From the human T2T-CHM13v2.0 reference genome, Homo sapiens: a DNA stretch of 64,000 nucleotides. Positions 12,931 to 29,330 of the stretch are shown in pieces. Below the pieces are notes generated by a model. It had not been told where the DNA came from, did not search any database, and worked only from the letters and a program-made list of their open reading frames with translations. A program made the translations under genes and the position numbers. The stretch's first letter is position 1. Each line of letters starts with the position of its first letter. Location of the stretch: NCBI RefSeq assembly GCF_009914755.1, contig NC_060928.1, one strand, 5' to 3'.

Positions 12931-14509
12931 AGAGGCAGTGAGGAAGAGGCTCAGAGATTATTCTAACTGATGATTTAAAAATATTTTAGAATGACTTGTG
13001 CATGGTGATTACTGAATACTCATGAGGAGCCTTCAGTCCACCTGTGCTGGGCACACATCAAGTCTCCATGTTGTATAATGAGTCTTTTTATGAGTTCACA
13101 ATTTGTGTCATTGATTTTAACAAATTGACATTTATTATCTGAGCAAGTTTAATATTTCCCCAAACCTTCAGCTATGCAAAGACATGCTTTTGATGGTAAA
13201 TCTTCAGTGTTTTGTATGGAATTCCAGCACAGGTATGTCTCATTTTCAGAATCACTTTTTCTTGGAAGTCTGTCTTAAAAAATATTACATTAAAGAAAGA
13301 GACCCTGGATTGTCCTTAAGAAAAAAGATGATTGAGTTTAGCAAATCTACATTTCCCCATATATATCTACTTTCCACAGTAAAACGAATCCTGATTCTGA
13401 AATTTCCTTATGATATTTTTATCTAATTTTCATTTTGAGGGCACAGAAAATGGAATGAATTACACTTATCTTCATCACTGGGGTTTAGTATAAAACAAAA
13501 ATGTTCCCAAATGGCAAAACCAAGAAAAGGTATAAAACTTAAACATAACTTTTATTCTACATCTATATTAATACAGTACAGAATAAACTCATTGGGTTTT
13601 GTTCGATCCTAAATATAGCAAGAACGCCTATTGTGAGTCTGCAATTGAATTTTTCTCACTTGAAGCTACTACCTAAAATTTTACCTTACCTTTAGACAGT
13701 TAAAATAGGGGAAAAAAGAAAATGTTTTGGACAAGTATTATTGAAACATGATTTGATCAAAATCATTTCGCTCATTTATTTTGATTATATTTTCAAATTC
13801 ATATAATATATGACATATGAGTCATATAACATACAATATATATGACATATAAAAGTCATGTAACTCATATTTTTACTTTCTGGCCAAGAAAATGCCATTT
13901 GTTACTTAAGGTTTTTCTTTTAGTGAAAATTCAAAATCAAATAATGAAAAAGTGTTTAACACAATTAGAACATATATTGGAATAAACAATTCCTATTGTT
14001 TTGTATTGTATTGTTTGGTTGGTTGTCCATAACAGACCTCTGTGAGAACTGGATTATGAATTTTTATTGCTACGATCTACTTTGATTAATTCATAATTGC
14101 TATGTTTCATGAGTTTATAATGCTGACAGAGTTAGTATATCTCAAAGTGCAAATTCATAAAGGAAGGGTAACTTGATTCTAATTCAATTACTTAGGAATT
14201 CAACTTTGAGCCAGTTGGTACTTAAAGAAGTCTGGATTTGTTGATTTTACTTCACAGTAATACTTTCCAGTTGCCATTGCTATTTATTTATTATTTTTGC
14301 ATATTCTCCACACTTATCTAAGATGGCTGCTATACTCAGAATTTCCAGAGATTAATATGCTGAGGTCTGAAAATTCAAGTGTGCAATAAGCATTGTCTGG
14401 TAAACTATAAGCCCTTCCATGTGAAATTAGTCTTGGGCTTGGTTCGTAATTGGTCACCCTTTTACTTCCATGCAATCCTTTTCTTTACAATGAGAAAATG
14501 AGCATATCA

Positions 14510-14880
14510 TTTATTCATTCATTCACTGATCAGATATTCATGAGAGCCTACTGTAAGCCAAGCATGATTCCAGCACCGAAATTAACTGTGGTGAATCAGG
14601 CAGGCAAGCTCTCAGCTCTTGGGAAGCTTACAGGCTAATGAGAGAGACAGCCAATTAACAAGACAACAATAAATAAAGATCAAAGTGCTATAAAAACTAC
14701 ACAAGGGAATGTGGAAAAGGGGAGTCTGGGGCACTTCATCAGATGGGATAGTTAAGAGTGGCCACTCTCTGTAGATGACATTTGAGCTGAACCCTCAATA
14801 ATGAGAAACAAGAAACTATGCAACGATCTTGGAAAATTACCTCCAGACAGAGGAAGTAGCAAGGCAAAGATTCTGTGCCT
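14510..14880 (-). mobile_element. L2 3' end
   Basis: Starts TTCATTCATTCA (reverse complement of the L2 tail), followed by GAGAGCCTACTGTAAGCCAAGC. Confidence 0.75.
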
Positions 14881-15382
14881 GTGATTCCTTACCATTTGCA
14901 TTTTCTGCTTTGTTAGGGGTTCTTTACATAAACATTTATCCACACCAATAGGGCATAGTAACATCTGTTCTTGTTAATTTTACTCAGAGGACTGAGTAGT
15001 TTAGAGGAAAAATCAATTGGTGATCCATCTCTCTACTGCAAGGATAACATACTTTGTTTTACTGGTGTAAAAAGTTTGGGTTGGACTTTCTTGTGTTTTC
15101 AAAACTGGTTCCCCTCTTGGGATTAGTGGCACTGAGAGTCATCATATAGAAAGCAATAGAGAAAAAAAAGTGGCTGTTGTGAATAAGAGAAAACGGGAGA
15201 AATGCTGGCCTCTGGTCTAAAGCAAGAACAAAAACCTGATATATCTTGGTTTTGTTTTGTAAGAAAAATCAATGAGTTTATCTTATTTTCTGACATGTTG
15301 GTGTTATATTGCTGAGTTGTCATCTTAATTTCTGTTCTTAGAGGCAATCAGATGCATGGATCCTTAAAAAACAGTAATCCTG

Positions 15383-15678
15383 GGCCGGGCGTGGTGGCTC
15401 ACGCCTGTAATCCCAGCACTTTGGGAGGCCGAGGCGGGCGGATCATGAGGTCAGGAGATCGAGACCATCCTGGCTAACACGGTGAAACCCCATCTCTACT
15501 AAAAATACAAAAAATTATCCGGGCGTGGTGGCGGGCGCCGGTAGTCCCAGCTACTCGGGAGGCTGAGGCGGGAGAATGGCGTGAACCCGGGAGGCGGAGC
15601 TTGCAGTGAACCGAGATCAGCCACTGCACTCCAGAGTGCAGACTCCATCTCAAAAAAAATAAAAAAAATAATAAAAAA
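15383..15678 (+). mobile_element. AluY with about 12-bp deletion near the 3' end
   Basis: AluY diagnostics, many intact CpGs; TSD AATCCTG; CTCCAG joined directly to AGTGCAGACTCC. Confidence 0.93.
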
Positions 15679-16004
15679 TCCTGATTATCGTTCTAGCGGT
15701 TCTCAAACTGACTTGTGTGTACAAAAAGGTGCTTCCTGTAAGTAATTGTTCATCACCTTATAAGGCTTATTAGGATATATGTTATAACTGTATAAATCTA
15801 TTATATATATCTTTATATAAACACACTCATATATACATAGTTATATACATACATACTTTTCATCAGAATTACTGAAATCAACTAATACCACCAAACCAAA
15901 CTAAGGAGATAGTCCCCCCATAAAACTTGAGGCTATGATGTGTCTGATAAGCCATGGCCAGAAGCTTGCACATGCACTCAAGCACGAGCACTAGTGCACA
16001 ACCA

Positions 16005-16120
16005 GCCAAAGTGAGAAAACCAGTGAGATAAAGAGGCCTGCCTAAGGTCACACAGAAGGGCGGCGGGTAGTCTGAGAACACAGCCACGACTCTGGGCTGC
16101 CAATTCAGTCCAGTGCTTCC
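16005..16120 (-). mobile_element. MIR SINE fragment
   Basis: CTGCCTAAGGTCACACAG, antisense MIR core. Confidence 0.65.
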
Positions 16121-16878
16121 TCCTGGGGAAAATTACAGACCAGCTCAGACGGTACCTGCACAGACAATGGCCTTATTCTTTCTTTACTCTCCTAATTTGA
16201 TTATTTTTTTCTTGCCGTAGGACTTAAGTAAGACATTTTGGCAGGCACTTAAAAAGAGGAGTGCCAGGCACAATGAAAGAGTCCATGGGTGATTCTGCTG
16301 CAAGACCAAGGAGAAATAAGTTATTGATGATGTTTAAAGGCAGAGAGGCCCATGGCTTACTGAGTACCCAGTGTTGCTGATAACTCTCATCTTCTTATTC
16401 CTCTGTTGGAAAAAAATTATAGGGTTGAATTGCTCCTTAACTGTTTTCTAAGGAGAAAAAAGGGATAGTGTTTATTGCATTGATTTTTTTTGCTTTATTT
16501 AATTTATTTTTCAAAATTCTTCTTTAATAGCACATTGAAACATGGATGTGTAAATTGTTTTATGTCTTCTTATCTTCAAGTGCAGTAACTAACAATGACA
16601 ATTTTTCCAGTTGCTTATCACTCTGCTGCAACCAATAATAGTTATTCATAAGTTACTCTTTTTAATGCATAAGGCTATTGAATAATGTTAGTCTTAAACT
16701 AGGTATCTTATTCCATAGTTGAAGACTGTAGACTGTTTTTGAACATTCTTTGAACCATTTCTTGTGGTTCAAATGAGTTCAGCCACCACTATAGTTTCAC
16801 CAAGTCTTCCTTAGAGTGAGAGTACCTTGTCAGCCTTCTGGACTTCAGTGTAAATGGCAAATTGTAAGGGGTAAATAA

Positions 16879-17308
<430 letters not shown>

Positions 17309-18879
17309 TAATCTGGGACAGTGTAAACTCAGCCATAAACTGTCAACTCCTGGAGAGGGGCTAGAGATCATTGGTCTTTTTATACCCAAGGCGTTGCCTG
17401 GAGGCCGGCCCCAGTGCAGATTCTCAATGAATGTGTGTTTGATTCATAATCATGTATGTACTATCTCTCTTCTAAAGGAACACCTTTAATCAAGCAAAGG
17501 AAATATAGCTGTATAAGTGGAGTATCTAGTCGGATCAATCATCTCGTATAGAATTTTGTGTGTTTATTCCTCTTTCAGTAGCTGAATTGATGCAAATGAT
17601 AAACACTAAGGTCGCTGAACGGACATAAGGTAATGATTTTCACGGTGTTTTGGTTATACAATCTCCAAAACATGCAGCTTTATCTATAATACCATTCATA
17701 AGTTTAAAAATAATTGGTAAAAAGGCTGCAACTATACTTTCCATTGCCCTAAATATCTTCCAGAACTCATCTTGAATGACTTCTCCATCCCCCACCCTCC
17801 TGTGCCTTCTCTCTGCCAGAGGCTTCCCAGTTCGCCGGCCCAGACTCATCTTACAAAGAAAATACTCCGAATCAATTGGCAAGTGCTTACAAGTCATTAG
17901 CTTCTTGCTGAGTTAATTAGAAGTCATTAACTTCAAGGGTTAGGACACACAGAATACCCTTGCCTGGGGTTTCTGAACCGAATTTAAAGTTGTACATGGA
18001 AGACAATATCTAAATATCCTTAGTTTAAGAAATATGTTTAAGAAATAGTAAGAGTTTAAGCCCCCAAAAGCCCCAGTGATGTTCCCTCTAAAAATAAGTA
18101 AACATGTAAAACTAAAAACTCACATTTGAAAACTGTGACCTCCCAAGGAGTTGGACTGTAGCCAAAAAGCACATTGGATCCATTCCTGTATCCAAGGTAG
18201 TTTTTCCATTGGCCACCAGGTACTAAAGTTCCAACTCCCCTGCCCTAGAAATGTCGTGGCTGGCGGAGCCTGGGGGCATTGTCAGCCTCACATGCAGGAG
18301 GCATGGACATGTTCACCGCATGCACACACACCTTCACAATCAGTGCACTTACAAACACACATGCACACCTAATTTCTATTACTTGATAATGTGAGAATAA
18401 GAGCCAGAGTATACCTAAAAAGGAAAAGTCAAGCTTTAGAAAGTAACCACCTAAGTAAATTCCAAGTACTTGAGTCTGTACTTAGTATTTGATAACTTAA
18501 ATACTCATTTGTACCACAGGCAAGCTAATTTTGTTAGATACTCACTGGGAGGTAGTTCTGTAATAGTATTATTGTTTGTATGCTGAGAAATTTATTCATT
18601 CAAAGAGACAGTCTGTATGCAAATCTGACAAAGAGATTTGAAATTGTAATGATTTCAGACATAGAAATGTTGTAAGTATTTCCAATTCTGCTTCAGAACT
18701 TACCTATTTAGATCTTTGCATCTTGCTCTCAATCAGTGTGTGTGTATCTCTCTCAAAAAATGTATGCAATGAACCAATGCTATATTCTTTGATTAAAAAT
18801 AGAGACATGGTAGGTTTTTGATTTAAATGATAGGCTGGGGAATTTGACAACCCTGCTTTTTATATTGAGAAATTCAGTT

Positions 18880-19030
18880 AATTCTTCTAAGTCCTAATTT
18901 CTTCTTGTAAAAGATGAGAATAATAAAACATAGATGATAGTGAAATGAATTAATATGTAAAAGCACCTAAAATAGTGCCTCGCACATAACAAACATCAAT
19001 AAATATTAATATCAACGATGTCAATTGTTG
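18880..19030 (+). mobile_element. MIR 3' part
   Basis: TGTAAAAGATGAGAATAATA...TGTAAAAGCACCTAAAATAGTGCCT. Confidence 0.6.
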
Positions 19031-19458
19031 TTTGTAGAGCTAACCTATTCTGTCTTCATACGGATATTTTTGTACTGAGCCATGGTTAAGAATTCTAAAA
19101 CAGATTTGATTTATCCCAAATATGAATATGTAGGAAGATGAAGCTAGGCAATGTAGATATTTCCTGTGACTATAATCTATATAGAGGTAAAAGCTTGCAT
19201 TTTAACTTCACCTTATTGATAATGACTTACATTATTTCCTCTGTCTCCCATTTATTCCGTCACATTCTTTGTGATCACTGACAATTTCCACACTTGATTG
19301 GGTACCACCTTATTGGAATCTATACTTGACATTGTCCTTAAGCTAATGTGTGAACTTAAATGAGCTTTAGCAAAGCTTTCTTCAGTATCAATAGCAAAAA
19401 CAACCTCACCTGCCATAAAATAAGCAGTTTCGGGTGTCTCGTGAACGTATGTATGTAT

Positions 19459-19605
19459 GGCCAGACACGGTGGCTCACACCTGTAATCTCAGCACTTTGG
19501 GAGGCTGAGGCAAGAGGACACCTTAAGGCCAGGAGTTTGAGTCCAGCCTGGGCAACATAGGAAGACTCTGTCTCTACAAAAAAAAAAAAATTAAAAAATT
19601 AAAAA
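19459..19605 (+). mobile_element. FLAM / free left Alu monomer
   Basis: Single Alu monomer ending in an A-rich tract. Confidence 0.85.
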
Positions 19606-19639
19606 ACACATTTTTAATGACATAAATACTTAAATGACA

Positions 19640-19930
19640 GCATTTAAAAGCAATGCTGTCAAACACACCAAATACCTAGGTATAAATTAAATGATAGATA
19701 TGAAGAGTTTGTATGCTAAATATTATGTAACACTGAAAAATTTAAAAATGATTCTGAACATCACATTCCTAGATTGAAGATGATAAAGATGGCAATTCTG
19801 ATGAGATTGATTGTATTCACTGAATGTAATCTCAGTCAAAATCATGGGAGAATTTGCAGAAATTGAAAAAATGATTCCAAAATTTACATGGGAGTACAAA
19901 AGACTACACATAACCAAGATAATGTTAGTT
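19640..19930 (+). mobile_element. L1M ORF2 fragment
   Basis: AAATACCTAGGTATAAAT (KYLGIN) and ATTCCAAAATTTACATGG, typical L1 RT-region sequence. Confidence 0.7.
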
Positions 19931-20129
19931 TTAAAAACTACTTAAAATGATTATTTAAAAGTTAAAAAATTGTTCATTAAAAATTTTAATTGCAAATATT
20001 ATAAAAATTGATTAAACATGCAATTAAAAATTTTAAGTTAAAATTGTATAAATTTTCCAAACCTTCATGAATTTTTACTCATATATAAGCACTATGAAGT
20101 TTAAGATGTAGAGTTTTTTCAGAGGTCAG

Positions 20130-22290
<2,161 letters not shown>

Positions 22291-22300
22291 TTTTTGTCAA

Positions 22301-22396
22301 TGCCCAGGCTGGTCTCAAACTTCCGGGCTCAAGCGACCCTCTTGTCTCAGCTTCCTAAGGTGCTGGGATTACAGGCATGAGCCACCACACCCGGCC
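22301..22396 (-). mobile_element. Alu left-monomer fragment (AluJ/FLAM)
   Basis: GGCTCAAGCGACCCTC...GAGCCACCACACCCGGCC. Confidence 0.8.
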
Positions 22397-22568
22397 TGTA
22401 AGTAAAGTTTCATTGGAGCACGGCCATACTCATTCATGTATGTATCATCTATGGCTGCTTTTGAGTTATTATGGCAGATTGAGGAGTTGCTTATAGAGAC
22501 CCTGTAGTCCATCAAGGCAAAAATATTTACAATCTGGACTTTTAGAAAAATAGTTGGATGACTCTTGA
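22397..22568 (+). mobile_element. MER58A (hAT-Charlie MITE), 5' end missing
   Basis: TAAAGTTTTCATTGGAGCACGGCCA...AAAATATTTACAATCTGG...GACTCTTG matches the recalled MER58A consensus. Confidence 0.8.
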
Positions 22569-23017
22569 TTTATCACATGTCCAAGGTGAGAGGCATAAGG
22601 CTGCTTATTAGAGCACTGTTTCATAGTAAAAAAAAAAAAAAAAGCAAGAACAGTTTTAAATTCTCATTAATAAGGGAGTAGACAACTGGACTGTGGAATA
22701 TTCAATCACAGAGAAATTCTGTACAGCAGTTAAAGTGACTGAGCCATGTTTCAACACTGACAAATTTCAAAAGAATGACTAAAAGAAAATTCCATTGATA
22801 TAAAATAACTATAAAACACTTTAAGTAAACTTTTAAACACACAAATAATACAGTATGTATTTTTCTGAGACATGTATCCATTTCACTGCCTTTAGTCTCC
22901 ACGTGTAGTATGTATTTCATGTTTACAAATACCATGCCCCCACTGAATTGCACGTCTGTGGGAGGGCTCAGTATCACCTAAAGTGGACCCCTCCCAAATT
23001 GTGATTCAGGAAGAAGC

Positions 23018-23200
23018 AGTGCAGTGTAGTGATTCAATGCATAACCCTAGAGATGAGCTGCCTCCATTAGAAAATTGGCTCTGCCACTTTGTAGTCCTGT
23101 GACTTTAGGCAATTTACTCTTGGGCCTCAGTTTCCTAATCTGAGAATAGAAACCAAGGCTTCTCTCTCTAAACTCAGATAACATTAGAATGGAAGGACTG
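23018..23200 (+). mobile_element. MIR SINE
   Basis: GGCTCTGCCACTT...TGTGACTTTAGGCAA...GGCCTCAGTTTCCTAATCTG core. Confidence 0.8.
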
Positions 23201-23509
23201 GACAAAGGTCATCTAGTTGATTTGCATGGATATTTCCTGGGGGCCTAAGGATTCCTTGAAAAACCTCAGATGTTCTTTATGTCTGCAGATTAAGAGACAC
23301 AAGAGGTATCCTAAGGGGCATACGTGTACATGTGTGTACGATTCCGCCTCTACGCCAGGAGAAGTAATGCTACTGAACACTTTATATATTTGACTTCCAC
23401 ACACTCATTTATTTGAATGTTTTAGGAAATCTCTTTCTGACTTGGCTGTCTCTTTTCTCTCTTGTCTGTCATCATTCTACCAATGCCCTGTGTTCCTCCA
23501 AACTACATG

Positions 23510-24810
23510 GTTTAATGAGCTTTTTCTTCTATCAAAGTACAGTATGCATGTAGAAAATATACACACCATGAGGTAGGGCTAGAAGGATTTTCACAAGCTA
23601 AACACCCCCATGTAATCTTCATTTGAGTAAAGAATAGTATAACCTTAGAAGTTTCCTTCATGCTCCTTCCCAGTCTCTGATCTTCTCCCAAAATAATTGT
23701 TATCCTGACTTCTAACATCATTGATTACTTTTGCCTTTTCAAATTCTTACAGACATTTAATATGAATAAATTGTTTATCTGCTTTATCGTATCTGTCACG
23801 TTCTGCTCAATATTATGTTTATGAGACTCATCAGTGTTATAGTGCGTGGCATTATTTTATTCATTTTCACTACTGTATGGTACTCCTTTTTATGACTGTC
23901 AATTTATGTATCTATTATGCTATTTAAGTACATTTTTATTGTTTACATTGTTGGCTATTACAAACAATGCTCATGTAAACATTCTTGTATATGGCCTTTA
24001 ATAAACACAGGTATAAACTTTTGTTAGGAATATATTAGAAATGGAATTGATGAGTTCTTGATGTTTTGCTAATGTCAATTTTAATAAATTCTACTACACT
24101 CTTCCTCAAGGTGTTGTTACCAACTTACCCTCCTACCAAAAAATGGATGAGAGTTCCAATTACTACATAACCTTGCCCACATTTGGTATTGTGGTTCTTT
24201 TTAACTTTTGCCCTTCTGTTAGATATTTAGTGGTATTCTATCCTCAATGTGGGCAACTCCCTCCAAAGAAACAAAAAGGAACACCCCTCACCCACAATTT
24301 TCACACTGTAGCTTGCCTTTTCATTCCCTTACCGGTCTTAGCTTGCTAAACAGAGGTTTGTAATTTTAATGAAGTTTAATTTTAAAATGATTTTTCTTAT
24401 ATTTAGTGCTTTTCAAGTTCTGTTTAAGAAGTCTTTGCCTACACCAGGATAATTAAGATATTTTCTTATGTTAACTTCTAGAAGCTTTATCATTCTATAA
24501 TTTACATTTAGATCTATGATTCATCTGAAATTGACTTTTTGCATAATATGAGGTAGGTGTAGAGATTTTTTTTCAAAATATATATTTCCAATAGCCCTGT
24601 GCCAGTTTTTGAAAGGAGTGTCCTTTTCCCTGTGATTTGCAGTACCATCTTTTCCTTCAATATAGCCATCTACGTGTGTCTATTCTTGACTCTCTTCTAT
24701 TCTATTTGTGCATTTTTCTTCCTTACACCACACCAGATGGTCTTTATTGCTATAACTTTATCATAAATCTTGAAATCCAGAGTTGAGTTCCTCAGCTTTG
24801 AATTTTCTCC
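23510..24810 (-). mobile_element. L1ME-type 3' end and ORF2 fragment
   Basis: Diverged antisense L1 motifs (ATCCTGACTTCTAACA, AGTCTTTGCCTACACCAGG). Confidence 0.7.
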
Positions 24811-25170
24811 TTAAAGAATGCGCGGCTGACTTACTGTTCACTATCCCTCCTGCTGACAATAGGAGGAAAATCTTGACAAAATAGCAAGAAAATAACTCTT
24901 TGAATATAATGGACAGCAACCAACACAGAGAGTACTAAAGAAAAAAAATCACAGAATAACCTTGGTTTATTTCCTCAAAGCATTTCTCAATTCCCTGCAT
25001 GGGGAAATAGCCCCAGTAGACATTAAGAGCTATTCCAAGCTGTGGAAGCAAAGGTAGGTGGCCAAAATTATTGAAATCTGAGGGGCAAAAACAGAGGAAA
25101 ACTCAGAAGTGAGCCTCCAAATATGCATATAAATATTCTTTATATCTTTTGTATTTACCCACTTATTTAT

Positions 25171-25529
25171 GGTATTAGTCCATTCTCACACTGCTATAAA
25201 GAAATACCCAAGACTGGGCAATTTATAAAAAAAGAGGTTTAATTGACTCACAGTTCCACATGGCTGGGGAGGCCTCAGGAAACTTAGAATTGTGATGGAA
25301 TGTGCCTCTTCACAGGGCAGCAGGAGAAAGAAGTGCCTAGAGAAGGAGGAAGAGCTTGTTATAAAACCATCGGATCCCATGTGAACTCACTCACGATCAC
25401 AAGAACATCTTGGGGGAAACTCTCCCATGATTCAATTACCTCCATCTGGTCTCTCCTTGACACGTGGGAATTATGGGGATTACAATTCAAGATGAGATTT
25501 GTGTGGGGACACAAAGCCTAACCATATCA
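25171..25529 (-). mobile_element. THE1 (THE1C/D-like) solo LTR, MaLR
   Basis: GTATTAGTCCATTCTCAC...AACCATATCA; 5-bp TSD TTTAT. Confidence 0.92.
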
Positions 25530-25579
25530 TTTATCATTGCAGGTATTTGTCATTACCTCTAAATTTTTGTTTGATATGA

Positions 25580-28260
25580 TTTCCCTTCATTCTAAAAAAT
25601 TCTTTTTATATTTCTCTTAGTGCTGGTATACTGGCAATGGATTCTCTCAGATTTTGTTTATCTGAAACTCATTTTATTCACATTTCAAACAATATTTTTA
25701 CTTAAAAAAAATACTATTCTTATGGAAAATAGAAATTCTGAGTGGTAGTTCTTTTCTTAAACACTTTAGAAATGCCATTCCATTGTCCTCTGGACATCAC
25801 TGTTTTTTATTAGAAGTCATCACTCATTCAAACCATTGTTCCCCTGTCTATATCTTGATTTCTGGCTGCTTTTAAGATATTTTGCTTATCTTTGAATTTC
25901 AGTAATTTGCTTATGCTGTGCCTAGATATGGCTACCTTTACGTTTATCTGGCTCTGGGTTTGCTGCAATTTTTGGATCTGGGTTGATAATTGGATCATCT
26001 TTTTCAATTAGTTTTTGGATCATTGGTGCTGGCACAGCAAATGTTATGTATGTTAGAGTGCTTGATGTCCTTCAGGTGACTGCAGTTTTTGTTTGTTTGT
26101 TTGTTTGTTTTTGGGGTATCAGATTCTCTTCTTCAGATTGGGAAATTTTTAATATTTTATCTTTAATTTTCATTGTCCTTTCTTATATAATCTCCATTCT
26201 GCTATAAAGTTCTGGTGGATTTTTATTTTAGATGGTGTCCTTAAAAGAACTGTGTTCATGCTTGGCTTTAATAGATACTACCAAATGCTTTCCTAAAGGG
26301 TTTACATCAATTTATACTCTCCTTTATCAATTTGCACTCTCACCAGAAATGTGTGACAGTTACATATGTTTCACATCCTTGCTAACACTTGGTATTGTCA
26401 GTCTTTTCATTTAGGCAATTCTGATGCATGTGTGTAGCAGCAGCACATTGTAACTAATGATATTTATATACATATTCAGATTTATGTTCACATTCATTCT
26501 GTATCAATTTCTACATATTTTTGTCATTTTAGAATCTAGCCTAAGTATAAATTGTTAGAAAACCATCAAAAGACATTTGATATTCATGCAAACTAAAGTT
26601 GTAAATAAGGTGGTAAATAGGGAGCAGTATTAAACATAAGTGTATGTTGTTCTATAAGTAAGCAATAGTCCATTTCTAAGGGTAGGAGTTGTTTTGTAGA
26701 ACAGCAGGAAAAAACAAAAGTCAGAAACTGCTCCAACTTATGACATGCAATAAATGAAACAATCTCAGCAGTAGACTCAGAAGGTACAGTGGAAAGAATG
26801 AGACATAAGAAGGCACAATGGAAAAAAATGGTCTTATCAAGTTCTAGACATTCATTTGATATTTTATAATATATTTAATTACTATGCTAAGATTTCTCAT
26901 CTGTTTACTTGTTGACTTTTCTTTTACTTTCTTGAACATTCTTATAGCTGTTTTAAAATCACTGTCTGCTAATTCCAATATCTAGGTTATATTAAAATCT
27001 GTTTCTACTACTTATTTGTGTCTTCTGATCATGGGTGATATGGTTTGGAGGTTTGTCCCCTCCAAGTCTCATGTTGAAATATGATTCCCAATGTTGGAGG
27101 TGGGACCTAGTGGGAGGGGTTGGGTGATGGAGGTGGACCATGAATGGCTCTGTGCCTTCCCTGCAGTAATGAGTGAGTTATTACTCTATTACTTCACCCT
27201 AGAGCTGGTCGTTTAAAGGAGCCTGGTGCCCCCTCCTACCTCTCTCTTGCTCCCTCTCTTGCCTTGTGGTGTGTTTGCTCCCCATTCACCTTCCTCCATG
27301 ATTGGAAGCTTCCTGAGATCCTTACTGAAAGCAAATGCTGGTGCCATGCTTTTTGTATATCTTGCAGAACTGTGAGCCGAACAAACCTCTTTTCTTTATA
27401 AATTAGCCAGCCTCAGGTGTTCCTTTATAGTGATGCAAAATGGACTAAGACCATGGCATAATTTTCTGCTTTTTAGATTATCTAATTATTGTTGATTTTG
27501 TACATTACACATTTTTGATGACATTGTAAAGAGTCTGGCTACTATTGTCTTCTTTAAAGAGTATTAAAATTTCTCTCTTAGGCAGTTAATTACTGGTAGA
27601 TCCTCTTAGTACTGTTGGGCTCAGCTTAATTATTTCTTAAAGCTTGTCCTCTTTTGTCCTAAATCACAGCCTAAGCATACAGCCTTACTCTGGGCTGTAT
27701 GTAGCCCTTTCTCTTAAACTGTGGCGTTTCTGAGGTCTTAATTGAATGGCCAAGGGTCTCAGTGAGGTTTCTCCCCTCTGACTGGATAGGACTTCTTATC
27801 TCCCAGCACTGTGGTGTCCTCATTCAAATCTTGATCCCATACAGCACTCTTTGCTGGCCTCACAGAGATTTACCTGTGATTAATAACCTAGTTCTCAGAC
27901 AAGAACCTATGTAAAACCTCACTCGGACGTCTAAGACTCCTTTGTGTCCAACTGCTTCCTCTATGGAGTCCTGATAAGCTCCAGTCATTCCTGTATCTCT
28001 GAACTCCAGTTTGTGCTTACTCCGCTCAGCAAAACCACTGTGCTCTGTTTGTCCTCCTTGCACTGTGGTTTAGAAGGTATCTACTCACTGAAAGCTTGGG
28101 TAAGCACTGGGCTTTTATGTTTCCCTTTACTCAACAAAAAATCTTACACTGCCTGTTGTCCAGTGCTTGAAAGAGTTGCTTCATTTTTTTCCCCCAGCTT
28201 TACAAATTGTTTACAGTGGAGGGACAAATACAGTACTAGTTACTGAGTCATGACCAGAAT
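25580..28260 (-). mobile_element. Fragmented old L1M (ORF1/5' region) interrupted by an MST LTR
   Basis: Antisense L1M-like motifs (GATTCTCTCAGATTTTGTTTATCTGAAA, CCATTCCATTGTCCTCTGG); boundaries approximate. Confidence 0.5.
27036..27452 (+). mobile_element. MSTB-like solo LTR, MaLR
   Basis: TGATATGGTTTGG...AAATGGACTAAGAC; near-TSD ATGGG/ATGGC. Confidence 0.88.
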
Positions 28261-28579
28261 TTGAAATTCCCTGTTTGGATAACCAGTTTATACAAGCCTG
28301 AATAGAGTTGGAGTGTACTTTCTCCATTTCCATTTTCTGGAATAATTTTTAAAATGTAAAAATTGTTTATTATTTTAGGAATAATATAAATCTTTTGGTA
28401 AAATTACATAGATTCAGTAATTTTTAGGTAGATTTTGATTATTTATTTGATTAAATCATTATATTTCATGATTATTGGCCTATTAAGATTTCTATTTCCT
28501 TATAAGTCATTTTCAGTAAATTATAAGGAAATTATAGATTTCATCTGAGGCTACAAATTTATTGACATGTGAGCACATT

Positions 28580-29092
28580 TTAAATACATTAAACCTGTTA
28601 CAAATCAATATAAACCAATTATATAAATGGTAAAGAATATGGACAGGCAGTTCAGAGATAAATGACTATTGAAAATGTTTTAAAATTTTATCTACTTTCA
28701 TAAAACAAAATAAAGATACCTTTTTTATTGACCAGATTGTAAAAAAAGTTATATAAGCTACTAGGTAAGTAAACATGTGGTTAACCAGGCATTCATACTC
28801 TATTGGTAAGAGACAATATTGCCCTAGAATCTGTCAAGAGAATTTTGGTAAGAATTTTCAAAATCTGAAATATTCACACTCTTTGACTTAGCAATTCCAC
28901 TTGTAGAAATTGATTCTGTAATAGACATATATATAAGGATATTTATTGAATTGTTATTTAAATAAAAGAGTCTATTCATACAGATAAAAACATGCAACTA
29001 CTAGAAAGGTAATAAATTTATAAATGATGATATATAGAGGTCTCATATATATATATAAATGAAAATAAAATAAAAATGAAACAAACAAAAAC

Positions 29093-29137
<45 letters not shown>

Positions 29138-29330
29138 CACACACACAGTGCAGAGCAATGAGTATAGTAGTATCTCACTGGAATAAAAACGTACTAAAAC
29201 ACACACACATATACCTGAGGAACTGGTATCAGAGAGTACCTCTGAAGAAGGAATTGGGGAACTGAGATCATAGGATAATTTTTTAAACTGTATGCCCTTT
29301 TGTACTAGTAAGTTTTTTTGACATGTGAGT
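28580..29330 (+). mobile_element. Very old L1ME 3' fragment
   Basis: CTTTGACTTAGCAATTCCACTTGTAGAAAT and similar diverged motifs. Confidence 0.55.
29093..29147. repeat. (CA)n microsatellite, one interruption
   Basis: Seen directly. Confidence 0.95.

Noticed and set aside
17640-17897. 85-aa minus-strand ORF that might extend the exon chain
   Set aside because: Weak acceptor, no good donor, no recognisable homology; too far from the other blocks to link
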